From: a virus
DNA length: 64,000 nucleotides
Virus record (IMG/VR): IMGVR_UViG_3300045988_098681
Strand: one strand, 5' to 3'
Position numbers and translations under genes: made by a program. The notes under the pieces were generated by a model. The model was not told where the DNA came from. It ran no database searches and worked only from the letters and a program-made list of their open reading frames with translations. Within the stretch, counting starts at the first letter, position 1, and each line of letters begins with the position of its first letter. Positions 9,902 through 19,329 of the stretch are shown here, piece by piece.

Positions 9902-10443
9902 CAAGCGAACAATCAAAATTTGCAGAAGAAAATATTCGCCTCATGTATCGCTATTTCAACATGCACAACATTACAAACGAGGACGATAAAGCAGACTTGT
10001 TTGAATACTATTGTAAAGTAATTGAATGTTACGATGATAAAAAAGGAAAATTCAGCACCCTGCTCTATTTTTCCCTTGACAGATATCGTAGACATATTTA
10101 TAATTATAAGTATAATAAGTGTAGATTTTCTGATAAGCCGAGTATATCTTTAGACTCAACTTATGATGACGAAAACGATTGGCTACAAGAGCTAGTTTGT
10201 GAAAGGGACGTTGATATTGAGTTTGTGGAGTTCTTGGATATTTGTGAGCGTGTTTATGATAAACTTGCAACTAAGAAAAATAGTTACAATCGAAAACTCG
10301 AAGATAGAGAACTCTTTACAATGCTCTTGGCAGGCTACACGAGAAAGGAGATTGGCAATATGTATAATATCTCACAACAAGCATTGTCTGTGAGGATTAA
10401 CAAAATTAAAGCAATTTTTTATAAGGAAATGGAGGAATGTTGA
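9898..10443 (+). CDS. sigma-70 family (phage-type) sigma factor 2
   Basis: The N-terminus EENIRLMYRYFNMHNITNEDD parallels EDNIKLVYKFCARYNITDEDD of the previous gene. C-terminal HTH is YTRKEIGNMYNISQQALSVRINK. Confidence 0.6.
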   Translation: MTSEQSKFAEENIRLMYRYFNMHNITNEDDKADLFEYYCKVIECYDDKKGKFSTLLYFSLDRYRRHIYNYKYNKCRFSDKPSISLDSTYDDENDWLQELVCERDVDIEFVEFLDICERVYDKLATKKNSYNRKLEDRELFTMLLAGYTRKEIGNMYNISQQALSVRINKIKAIFYKEMEEC

Positions 10444-11748
10444 TGAGAGTAGAAGAATGGCTTGGCGAAGATAATAAGATTGGGTTAGATATTTGGCACA
10501 AAAAGTATCAACATGGCAATGAGACATTCGATGAATGGCTTGATAGAGTAAGTGGAGGTGATAATGACCTAAGAGAACTCATTAAAAGTAAAAAGTTCTT
10601 ATTTGGTGGCAGAGTGCTTGCGAATCGAGGTGTGCCAGATAGTGGGAATTTTTATAATTGCTTTTCTGCCGGATATGTAAAAGACGATTATGCAAGTATT
10701 ATGGACGTATTAAAAGAAGTTGGTATTACGTTCAAGTATCAAGGTGGTCAAGGAATCTCCATGTCGAAACTTCGTCCAAAAGGAACAAAAATTGGCGATA
10801 ATTATGAGTCAGATGGTATTGTTCCTTTTATTGAAATGTTCAATTCTGTCACTAAAGGTACTTCGCAAGGCGGTGCAAGAAAAGGTGCTTTGATGATTAG
10901 CTTAGACATCAATCACAAAGAAGCCGAAACATTCATCAAGCTAAAAACTGATCTTGACGCTGTAACAAAAGCGAATCTCTCTATGGAAATAGACGATGAG
11001 TTTATGACTGCGGTGCAAGAGTTCTACTATGATGGGACAATAAAAACATTACATAAGAGATACAACTACAATGGGCATGTTGTGGAATATGATATTACGC
11101 CGATTGAATTGTATAAATTGATGATGGAAGTTGTATGGGACTACGGGGAGCCGGGGTGTATCTTTGTAGACGAATTTAGGAACAACAACTTTTTAGAGCT
11201 TGATAACGAGTATCAAATAGAAACTTGCAATCCATGCGGAGAACAACCATTAAAAGCTCGTACAAGCTGCTTGCTTGGCTCATTAAACTTATACGAGTTT
11301 GTTGAAAACAAGTTTACAAGTGATGTGTATTTTAACTTTGAGGAATTTGCAAAAGCTATTAAAGTAGCCTCAAATGCACTTGATAACATCATCGAAGAAA
11401 ATGCTCCAAGGCTTCCTAAAGAACTGGAGCAATACAAACAAAACGCTTATGATTGGCGTAATATGGGGCTTGGTGTATTCAACTATGCACACATGCTCAT
11501 GGCTATGGGGCTTAAATACGGTAGCGAAGAAGCGTTGGCTTTTACTGATACGCTATTTTACACTATGATGATAGAAGCCATTATATCAAATGACGAAAGG
11601 GGCAAAGAAAAGGGTAATTATCCAAAGTTCAAAGGCGGGTTAGTACAAAAGTCCACGATGTTTAGAAACCATGCCCCCGAAGAACTTTTACAAAACGGTG
11701 CGCTACATGCTAGAAATTGCACGTTGTTATCTATCGCGCCAACTGGAT
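10437..11748 (+). CDS. nrdJ: class II (adenosylcobalamin-type) ribonucleotide reductase, exon 1
   Basis: Contains the NPCGEQPL active-site loop and LLSIAPTG. The ORF breaks right after the conserved APTG at a stop codon that I place inside the intron. Confidence 0.75.
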
Positions 11749-12051
11749 TAACACAATAGGTTCAGTATAAACTATTTTAATTGCTGGAAACCCCTTAGAG
11801 CTACTTAAACTACAACGTAGGTATGAAATAAAACCAAGCGTGAATGTCTGAAAATTAAGTAGATTGGGCAATCAGCAGCTAAGACTCGAATAGAGTAAAG
11901 TTCAACGACTATCCCGCAAGGGAGTACACAATAAGCAAGAAATGATTGTGGAAAAGGATAGATACTATTTATAGTATAAGATATAGTCTATTCTTATAGG
12001 AAACTATAAGCAGTTATATAACGGCAAATGTCTTGCGAACATTTGTGAATG
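11749..12051 (+). mobile_element. group I self-splicing intron (ORF-less) in nrdJ
   Basis: P1 pairs exon CUGGAU (11743-11748) with GUUCAG (11760-11765), giving a U-G pair at the splice site. Core elements are UUAAUUGCUGGAAA, GUUCAACGACUA (11900-11911) and AAGAUAUAGUC (11978-11988), so P7 is GACUA/UAGUC. The intron ends in G, and joining the exons restores the frame (APTG-LKTIATMVNGAGGVEPEF). Confidence 0.75.
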
Positions 12052-13067
12052 TAAAAACTATTGCAACGATGGTAAATGGCGCAGGAGGGGTTGAGCCTGA
12101 GTTTGCCTTATCCTACACTCGTAGAACAGACAATTTAGATGAATCCTACAAGATTGAGTCAAACATCGTAAAAGAATATCGTATAATCACAGGCAACACA
12201 GGCGAGCTACCAGACTATTTTGTATCAAGCGCAGACATCCATTGGAGAGACAGAGTAAAAACGCAATCTGTCATTCAAAAACATATTGATACAGCAATTA
12301 GCTCAACTGTCAACTTACCAAAGGAAACTACCAAAGAAGAAATCGAGGAACTATACTTATACGCTTGGATTTGTGGGTTAAAAGGAATTACAATCTTTAG
12401 AGATGGGTGCAAAAGACTTGGCATTCTCACAACACAAGAAGATGAAGCTACGCAAAGTGAAAAGCCTAAATCAGAACTCACTCGTGGAACCATTCTTTCT
12501 GTTTCCGACGACTTGATTGGCGCAAAAAGAAAATTGAATACAGGCTGTGGGTCTTTGCATTTTGAGGTATATTTTGATGAAGTGACAGGCGAACCACTTG
12601 AAACCTTTGTAAACGTAGGCTCTAGTGGTGGATGTGAGAAAAACTTACAATTCATTTCTCGACTCATCTCACTTGCCCTTAGAGCAGGTGTATCAATCGA
12701 GGATATTATCGACCAATGCAAGTCAATTAAACCTTGCCCTGCATATGTATCTAGGACTAATAAAAAACACGATACAAGCAAGGGATCAAGTTGTCCTAGT
12801 GCCATTGGATATGCGTTAGAGGATTTGTATGACAAAATCAAAGAACGATGCTTTGCGGATTTTGATTTAGAAGATGGTTATGTTGAACCATTGACAATCA
12901 GTTCACCTGCAATCAAAGAATCAGATAAGGTTGTAAAAACAGGTGCAGATGGTCAAATGATTATTAAAAACTCTGATTGTATATGTCCTGAATGTGGAGA
13001 ACCTTTAGTATTTGAGGGTGGTTGTAACCAATGCAAGGCTTGTGGTTTGTATAGTAATTGCGATTAA
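12052..13067 (+). CDS. nrdJ: class II ribonucleotide reductase, exon 2
   Basis: Continues with GGVEPEF and the RNR C-terminal half. The tail is Cys-rich (CPECGEPLVFEGGCNQCKACG), as in NrdJ-type enzymes. Confidence 0.75.
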
Positions 13068-13076
13068 GGAGGTCAT

Positions 13077-13292
13077 ATGAAAGACGACACAAAACAAATA
13101 AATCTAAACATTGGAAGTGTAATACAAATTGTGTTTATAATCCTTAAATTAACCAATTTAATTCATTGGTCTTGGCTTTGGGTGCTGTCACCACTTTGGA
13201 TATCTGCAATTATTACACTACTTGTGTATACTATATCAGCTTGCATTATCAAGGAGAAAAAGAAATATGAGAGTAACGAACATTCAAATTAA
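13077..13292 (+). CDS. small membrane protein, hypothetical
   Basis: AAGGAGG RBS; two TM helices. Confidence 0.6.
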   Translation: MKDDTKQINLNIGSVIQIVFIILKLTNLIHWSWLWVLSPLWISAIITLLVYTISACIIKEKKKYESNEHSN

Positions 13293-13872
13293 AGGTTCGT
13301 GGAGCGAGGTCTTAAATGACTCTCGCTTCACCGTATCCAAACCACCACTTGACAAAAAGCCAAGCGAAAAGTTCAAAAAATCTATCATCACAGCCGAACA
13401 TTCGCCAATTCGCGACTTAATCGTGCGTGTAGATTTGGAGGATATTCCAACATGGGTTGCAACACACCTTGTTCGCCATAAGTGGGAAAAATTCGTACAA
13501 ACACAACGTACAGATCGCACAGGTGTGGATAGACATACTCTACCCCAAGACGCTCCTGTGTCTATGCGATGTGAACTTAACGCTCAACACCTTATCGACA
13601 CAAGCAGGAAACGTTTGTGTTTTCAAGCTAGTAAAGAAACTAGGGAACTTTGGGAAGAATTTAAGTATGAACTACACAAGGTTGAGCCTATTCTTGCCGA
13701 TATGATGGTTCCAAATTGCGTTTATCGATGCGGTTGCCCAGAGTTAAGTTGTTGTGGAATGGTAGAAAAGTGGTTACCGTTTACTAAAATTGACTTGACA
13801 AATATTCAAGAACGGTATAAAATGTATAACGAATGGTTGTATAATAAGTGGAAAGAAAAAAGGGGAGAGTAA
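13267..13872 (+). CDS. thyX: ThyX-like flavin-dependent thymidylate synthase (divergent)
   Basis: AEHSPIRD...HLVRHKWEKFVQTQRTDR resembles the ThyX H-S-P ... RHR ... QSQRY signature. It sits in a nucleotide-metabolism context. Start chosen after AAGGAGAAAAAG. Confidence 0.5.
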   Translation: MRVTNIQIKGSWSEVLNDSRFTVSKPPLDKKPSEKFKKSIITAEHSPIRDLIVRVDLEDIPTWVATHLVRHKWEKFVQTQRTDRTGVDRHTLPQDAPVSMRCELNAQHLIDTSRKRLCFQASKETRELWEEFKYELHKVEPILADMMVPNCVYRCGCPELSCCGMVEKWLPFTKIDLTNIQERYKMYNEWLYNKWKEKRGE

Positions 13873-14319
13873 ATGGGAAAATATATGGATAATGCAAAGT
13901 TATTACATGATTACCTTAAATCGATACAAGTTGGAAAGGGGAATAAGATGAAAGATAAAATTATTTACACTAAACCATTAGAAAAAACAGAATATGGAGG
14001 CACTTTATCGCCATTTTATATAAATAATACATATGGAACATTGGGCAATAAAGTATATATTGAAAAAGTCCTCTACAACAATCCTGCCACAATCGTATTT
14101 TGGAGCGATGGAACACAAACGCGCAACATCTGCCCAAAAGAAACACTCTACAACCCAGACACAGGGCTTGCATTTTGTGTCCTTAAAAAGTTCATGGGTG
14201 GCGATGAGATGGCTAAGTTGTTCAATGATTGGGAACTCAAAGACTATCGTAGAGATAAAGGTAATTGGGTTGAGCTAAAAGATGTAAGAAAAGCGCATAA
14301 AAAAGAAAATAATGCTTGA
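13873..14319 (+). CDS. hypothetical protein
   Basis: 148-aa ORF with a GGGGAG RBS. Confidence 0.6.
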   Translation: MGKYMDNAKLLHDYLKSIQVGKGNKMKDKIIYTKPLEKTEYGGTLSPFYINNTYGTLGNKVYIEKVLYNNPATIVFWSDGTQTRNICPKETLYNPDTGLAFCVLKKFMGGDEMAKLFNDWELKDYRRDKGNWVELKDVRKAHKKENNA

Positions 14320-14344
14320 CTCCTTGTAACGTTTATTGTATAAG
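14316..14344 (+). promoter_or_regulatory. sigma-A type promoter overlapping the stop codon of the preceding gene
   Basis: TTGACT (14316-14321), a 17-nt spacer, then TATAAG (14339-14344). It has the same AATGCTTGAC stop/-35 cassette as at 6914-6924. Confidence 0.5.
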
Positions 14345-14366
14345 AAGAAAAAAAGGGAGGTAAAAC

Positions 14367-14612
14367 ATGAGTTATGCACATAACAAAAGAAAAAAGAATC
14401 GTGCAAAATTTGAGGACTTGATGTGCAATACATTCGATGAGTTTTGCACCAAGCGAAATCGTCCTGCACCAATGTTACTCACAAAAGAACAATACGACCA
14501 AGAGATGTATTTGTGGATCAACTACAAGAAATACTATAAGATGGAAATGACGATGCAAGAGAGAGCATGGGCATCTAATCATGCAAAGGAGGCTTATAGT
14601 GCGTTGGAATAG
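14367..14612 (+). CDS. hypothetical protein
   Basis: AGGGAGG RBS; 81 aa. Confidence 0.6.
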   Translation: MSYAHNKRKKNRAKFEDLMCNTFDEFCTKRNRPAPMLLTKEQYDQEMYLWINYKKYYKMEMTMQERAWASNHAKEAYSALE

Positions 14613-15222
14613 GCTTATCACAGAGATAAAAGAGGGGAAAAGAAAAGTTGTCGATGATAATATTCTTGTTCTCCTTGTGGGCAAAAGTGGGGCAGGAAAA
14701 ACAACCCTAGAAAATAGACTTGTTAAGAACTTTGGCTTTCGTGGCACAAAATCCTACACCACAAGACCAAGACGATTTGAAGGTGAGGATAGCCATATCT
14801 TTATTAGCGAAGAAGAGTTCAACGCTCTTGAAAATAAGGTTGCCTATACCGAGTTCAATGGCTATAAGTATTGTGCCACAAAAGAACAACTCGATAATGC
14901 AAATGTCTATGTAGTTGACCCAGATGGGGTGGAAACTCTTATGAAAAACTACGATAGGAACTTTTTCATCGTATTTCTTGACGTTAATAAGCAATTATGC
15001 GAAAAGCGTATGAAAGAGCGTGGTGACGATTCTAACGCAATTAAAACAAGGTTAGATAGTGATGAAAAAATCTTTGAAACATTCAAAGCAAAAGCAGATG
15101 TGGTTATTGACGCAAGTGGTGGCATAGATAGAATGGTGGGAGATTTCTTAGTGTACTATATTATGATGCGTCTTGAAAGCGAGGTGGTAGAGTGGGAACG
15201 TTTGAACCGAAAATTACCGTAA
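14599..15222 (+). CDS. guanylate kinase-like (d)NMP kinase
   Basis: P-loop GKSGAGKTT plus SYTTRPRRFEGEDSHIFISEEEF (the guanylate-kinase S-x-TTR...E..G..Y.F pattern). GTG start after AAAGGAGG. Confidence 0.6.
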   Translation: MRWNRLITEIKEGKRKVVDDNILVLLVGKSGAGKTTLENRLVKNFGFRGTKSYTTRPRRFEGEDSHIFISEEEFNALENKVAYTEFNGYKYCATKEQLDNANVYVVDPDGVETLMKNYDRNFFIVFLDVNKQLCEKRMKERGDDSNAIKTRLDSDEKIFETFKAKADVVIDASGGIDRMVGDFLVYYIMMRLESEVVEWERLNRKLP

Positions 15223-15875
15223 TGGTTGATCTTGATGACGTCCTATGGAATTTGGTTGAGCATTGGATAGATATGTATAAACATCATCGTGCCATGAGTT
15301 TTAAGTGGTGTATTTTAGACGATGCACACGATGAGGTTCTTAACTCTTCCATGGTTACATCATGGGATATTGAGTCTTGTCTTGAGCCAACAGATAAAAA
15401 ACTATTTTGGTCGGTGCTTGATACTAAGGGATTTTGGGATACAATCACAGCAAATCTCGAAACAATCTATGCACTAAAAGCCATCAACGACAACCCAAAC
15501 ATCGACCTCATCATTTGCACCGATACTTACTATAAGTCAGCAACCGCAAAACTCACACGATTTTTCGAGTTATTCCCATTCATTGAGCCACGACAAGTTA
15601 TCTGTATGAAAGAAAAATGGAGACTCGATGCAGATATTGTAATTGATGACAAACCAGAAACACTTGAAAAATTTATGTTAAAGCAAAACCCACCTGTTGC
15701 AATTATGAAAATAAACAAACCTTGGAACGAAACGACAATTTGTGACTATTCGTTCAATGAGTTTAACGATGGGATTGCTAGATTTTGTAAAGATGCTGCT
15801 CAATCATACGTTGATGTAATGAAAGAAATTAGATTAGAAGGAGGAAATTCTTATGAGAGATGTTACTACAATTAA
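15192..15875 (+). CDS. HAD-superfamily 5'(3')-deoxyribonucleotidase-like protein
   Basis: N-terminal VMVDLDDVLWN (the DxDxV nucleophile motif) and a later IVIDDKP motif. Confidence 0.55.
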   Translation: MGTFEPKITVMVDLDDVLWNLVEHWIDMYKHHRAMSFKWCILDDAHDEVLNSSMVTSWDIESCLEPTDKKLFWSVLDTKGFWDTITANLETIYALKAINDNPNIDLIICTDTYYKSATAKLTRFFELFPFIEPRQVICMKEKWRLDADIVIDDKPETLEKFMLKQNPPVAIMKINKPWNETTICDYSFNEFNDGIARFCKDAAQSYVDVMKEIRLEGGNSYERCYYN

Positions 15876-16302
15876 ATTTGCTAAACTTGTCGATAGTGCC
15901 ACTATCCCAAGTGGAAGAGATGAGGACTTGGGTATTGACTTTTACGCTTATGACAAGAGAATGTTAACCGTTACGTTAAAGCCACATATTGTATACCAAT
16001 TACCGACCGGTATCATTATGGCTATGGACGAAGGCTATGGCATGATTCTTAAAGAGCGTAGTTCGCTTGGCTCAAAAGGTGTTGCCCTAAGAGCAGGAGT
16101 CATTGATAGTGGGTATCGTGGTGAAGTCATTATTTGTTTAGAGAACACAACCGACAACGATATTAACATTGACCTTACTAAAGCAATCGCACAAGGGGTA
16201 CTTATCCCAAATCCTAAAAAAGTGATTGAGGAATACAAGATGGATGAGATTATGGCAATTGATAGCGAGAGAGGGGTTAGAGGATTTGGGTCAACAAATT
16301 AA
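15853..16302 (+). CDS. dut: dUTP pyrophosphatase (dUTPase)
   Basis: Motifs GIDFYA, RSSLGSKG, GVIDSGYRGEV and a C-terminal RGVRGFGST. Confidence 0.85.
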   Translation: MRDVTTIKFAKLVDSATIPSGRDEDLGIDFYAYDKRMLTVTLKPHIVYQLPTGIIMAMDEGYGMILKERSSLGSKGVALRAGVIDSGYRGEVIICLENTTDNDINIDLTKAIAQGVLIPNPKKVIEEYKMDEIMAIDSERGVRGFGSTN

Positions 16303-16561
16303 AACTTCGACTAAGCTGACAGAAAATAGTTTGTGTGACAAACTCACCACTAATACTTCAAGCAAGACACAAACCATTACTATTAACAACAATGCAGTTC
16401 TATGCAGACAATGTCGTTTATGTAAACGTGATGTTGCGATATCTGCTTATTCACCAGAAAACAGTCCATATTGCCCCGATTGTGAAAAGGCACTAAACGA
16501 AATAATTACATGGTGGAATAGTACCGCTAGAAAGTGGTGGGTAAGCAAAAAAAGTAAATAA
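16244..16561 (+). CDS. Cys-rich zinc-ribbon protein, start uncertain
   Basis: CRQCRLCKR...YCPDCEKAL gives two CxxC pairs. The only in-frame ATG/TTG starts lie inside dut and have a poor RBS. Confidence 0.35.
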   Translation: MRLWQLIAREGLEDLGQQIKTSTKLTENSLCDKLTTNTSSKTQTITINNNAVLCRQCRLCKRDVAISAYSPENSPYCPDCEKALNEIITWWNSTARKWWVSKKSK

Positions 16562-16565
16562 ATCC

Positions 16566-16600
16566 GAAAAAAGACAGAGAATTAAATTCTCTGTCTTTTA
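16566..16600. terminator. bidirectional rho-independent terminator between convergent early and late modules
   Basis: AAAAAAGACAGAGAATT-A-AATTCTCTGTCTTTT: a 12-bp perfect stem flanked by an A-tract and a T-tract. Confidence 0.8.
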
Positions 16601-16619
16601 TTCTGTTATATATCACAAT

Positions 16620-17141
16620 TTATTGAATTTTCACGAGGTCAACTTCAACTTCTTGCGTTTTATCATTCATAATTGTTTGGCTCTTGCCTGTATAGCCATC
16701 TGCTTCGACTGTTACGCTATATTTTTCATCGAGCATAGGAAGGCAATACTTAATATAATCTTCCCCTGTTGCAATCGGGTCAACAGCAATTGAGTTCTTA
16801 TCGAGGACTTGTACTGTCGCTTCTTTTGGCGTAAATTTGACGGTTAAAATATAGCCATTGTTAAATGTGGTTACATTGCCAACTTTCACAAAGAAGTTCC
16901 CATCGAGTCCAACGCCACAATTCCCCGCAATCAAGTCTACATTTTTGCCATTGTTCTTGAGAGTTACACATGGTCTGTATCCGTCAACTTTTACAATCTT
17001 GAAAGTTTCTCCATCCCACATTTGACCGCAACCTGTGACTGCTTTTTGAACATCTACCTCTTGTGCATTTGCAAGGCAAAGAACGCCGTTAATAGTTTTA
17101 AGGCTTGCATCGAATTTGAAGCCTCCGCAAAATTTAGCCAT
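16620..17141 (-). CDS. hypothetical protein (last gene of late operon)
   Basis: 173-aa ORF with a GGAGG RBS and a beta-rich C-terminal half. Confidence 0.65.
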   Translation of the reverse strand: MAKFCGGFKFDASLKTINGVLCLANAQEVDVQKAVTGCGQMWDGETFKIVKVDGYRPCVTLKNNGKNVDLIAGNCGVGLDGNFFVKVGNVTTFNNGYILTVKFTPKEATVQVLDKNSIAVDPIATGEDYIKYCLPMLDEKYSVTVEADGYTGKSQTIMNDKTQEVEVDLVKIQ

Positions 17142-17151
17142 TTGTTACCTC

Positions 17152-17322
17152 CTATAAATTCGTGTAATCTACACCATATCTGTCGAAAAGTTCTTTAATT
17201 TCTTGTCTTTTTACAAGTTGTTTTCTTTGCCCTTTGTTTACATTGTCAAAGAGCGTTTGGAGAGCTGAACCTGTATCGGTCTTGGCTTGTTCAACTCTTT
17301 CTTTAAGTAATTGTTTATTCAT
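17152..17322 (-). CDS. hypothetical protein (56 aa)
   Basis: ATGAATAA start overlaps the stop of the upstream gene. Uninterrupted ORF MNKQLLKERVEQAK...; not in the ORF track. Confidence 0.4.
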   Translation of the reverse strand: MNKQLLKERVEQAKTDTGSALQTLFDNVNKGQRKQLVKRQEIKELFDRYGVDYTNL

Positions 17323-17530
17323 TAACATTTACCCCCAATTCTGTTAGAGCAGATTTATAATCTTGCTCTGTCGCTTGGTCGGATATTGATTTTTCACTTG
17401 GATATTGTCCAGTGATTGCGTAAAAATCCTCTTTTGTAATATTACCCCTATCATAAATTTTTTGAAGCCTATCGAGGGTAATTCGTTTACTATTATAAAG
17501 TCTTAAAAGACTATCGTTTAAAATTGACAT
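17315..17530 (-). CDS. hypothetical protein
   Basis: 71-aa ORF, translationally coupled (ATAATG overlap at 17530). Confidence 0.55.
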   Translation of the reverse strand: MSILNDSLLRLYNSKRITLDRLQKIYDRGNITKEDFYAITGQYPSEKSISDQATEQDYKSALTELGVNVNE

Positions 17531-17802
17531 TATAGTACCCCGCTTTCAATTAGTGATAATGTATATTTATCGTTTGCATCATCAACAAGTATTTGTGCAA
17601 TTTGTGCATGATTCTCTTTGTATTCCTCATATGTATATTGACGCTCTGTGTATTCGTAAATATCTGCTTGTTCTAATAATTCATTTAGTTCATTTTTTAC
17701 TTCTGCTTTTTGAACGTTTGTGTGAACATATATTGTATCAACATTCATAATAAGTGGTGCAGATGCTTCTTTTGAGCCAGTAACCTTATCTATTTTTACC
17801 AT
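17530..17802 (-). CDS. hypothetical protein
   Basis: 90-aa ORF with a GGAGGGAG RBS. Confidence 0.6.
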   Translation of the reverse strand: MVKIDKVTGSKEASAPLIMNVDTIYVHTNVQKAEVKNELNELLEQADIYEYTERQYTYEEYKENHAQIAQILVDDANDKYTLSLIESGVL

Positions 17803-17870
17803 TTCTCTCCCTCCTTCTTGTCCTATGAGGACGGAAAATCTTAATTGTATTTTTGATAGTTTGTGTTGTT

Positions 17871-19328
17871 TTATAAGTACATTAGGCGGGAACCGAGGTA
17901 CGCATACGAGACCGACGCGGAGTTAATCACACTACAGTAGAACACTCCCGCAAAGTCACCACCATTCCAATGACCGCCGACAAAAGGAAAGCTAGACGCG
18001 TAGAGAAGAGCGTAGTCGGAGTAATATGTGGCTGAACTGCCATTCGCAACTTTTAGAACAAAACCGCCGTTATTTGCTCCTTGCGATTCTTTCATAAAAC
18101 CTTCAATATTACTTGTGACATCACTACTTACATTATATTCCCATGCACTTGCGCTTGTGTCTACACTAAAATTATCAGTTGTTGTAAGTAGATTTCTATT
18201 ACTATTACTATACAAACCACTAATAAACTGATACACATTTCCCCACAAGTCCTCAAGACCAAACAACTTCATTCTATCATCACCACTGTTCGGATTGCCA
18301 TAACACATACCCCGTGCATTAGTTGCGCCAGTTGTTTGAGCCCGTGACGCTGAGCCGCCTATAAACCCTTTACCAAGAGCCGCTTGTGAGTTCAAGTTAC
18401 CATATTTCATTACATACAATGCCTGCACATAAGTCCATTGATAAAAAGCCATAATTTCATAGCCGGAGCCACGATTATGTGCATAATTGATAAAGTCAGT
18501 GATTGATGTATTTACAAGTGGCGCAAATCCACTATTGCTACCTAACTTGCTACTTGAACCTGTGGCACTATATGCACCAAGATAAAAGTAATCTTTTTGC
18601 ACATTTCCACGTTTATGTGCTAGATACTGGAAATTACTATCGTTCTTTGCGTCAGTGAGTTTAATAGTAATAACCTTATTATTATCTGTACTGATATCCA
18701 AACCCATTCTAGGGAACTCAATCATTACGTCGTAATTTGTATCTGTAATTGGTGCGGTTGAGCCGCTTGTGTATTTTGTAAAATCATTCGGATTCAAATA
18801 TCCTTGCACTACACCATCGCGCATGATACAAGGTTTATAACCAAATATATCATCCCATTCACTCGAACCCTTTGTCATACCAACAGCATCATCTGCATAG
18901 GTACAACAAGTGAGTGGGTTAGAATTGCTTTGGTCGATTCTAATTGTATATATTTTCTCTGCAACAGGTGTAACACTTACAATCTGCGACCCATCTGTGT
19001 TAATTCCACCACTTGTAGTTTTCGGAAATACAGAAATATAATATGTAACTCCATTCGTCAATCCAGTAACTGTAAGTGGATTGCTTGCATATTGATTTCT
19101 AGTTGTTTCAACAACTGCCACTATTCCATCTGTTGCGCTCGTTGGTGCAGAACCAGCTTTATAGCGTACAACAGTCTCTTTCCATGTATAATTGTCACCT
19201 TGAGCCGCTGGGTCATTCCATGTTAAACTAAATTGACCACTTCCTTTTGTAACGACAATATTTGTGCATGGTGGTGGAGCGATTGATGGGTTGGCTCCTG
19301 TACAACAATTCGTCCATCCTTGTGCCAT
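17871..19328 (-). CDS. FN3-domain putative receptor-binding/tail fibre-associated protein
   Basis: N-terminal fibronectin-III-like segment (FSLTWNDPA...YTWKETVVRYK...GLTNGVTYYISVFP). It is distal to the fibre genes. Confidence 0.5.
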   Translation of the reverse strand: MAQGWTNCCTGANPSIAPPPCTNIVVTKGSGQFSLTWNDPAAQGDNYTWKETVVRYKAGSAPTSATDGIVAVVETTRNQYASNPLTVTGLTNGVTYYISVFPKTTSGGINTDGSQIVSVTPVAEKIYTIRIDQSNSNPLTCCTYADDAVGMTKGSSEWDDIFGYKPCIMRDGVVQGYLNPNDFTKYTSGSTAPITDTNYDVMIEFPRMGLDISTDNNKVITIKLTDAKNDSNFQYLAHKRGNVQKDYFYLGAYSATGSSSKLGSNSGFAPLVNTSITDFINYAHNRGSGYEIMAFYQWTYVQALYVMKYGNLNSQAALGKGFIGGSASRAQTTGATNARGMCYGNPNSGDDRMKLFGLEDLWGNVYQFISGLYSNSNRNLLTTTDNFSVDTSASAWEYNVSSDVTSNIEGFMKESQGANNGGFVLKVANGSSATYYSDYALLYASSFPFVGGHWNGGDFAGVFYCSVINSASVSYAYLGSRLMYL

Positions 19329-19329
19329 G

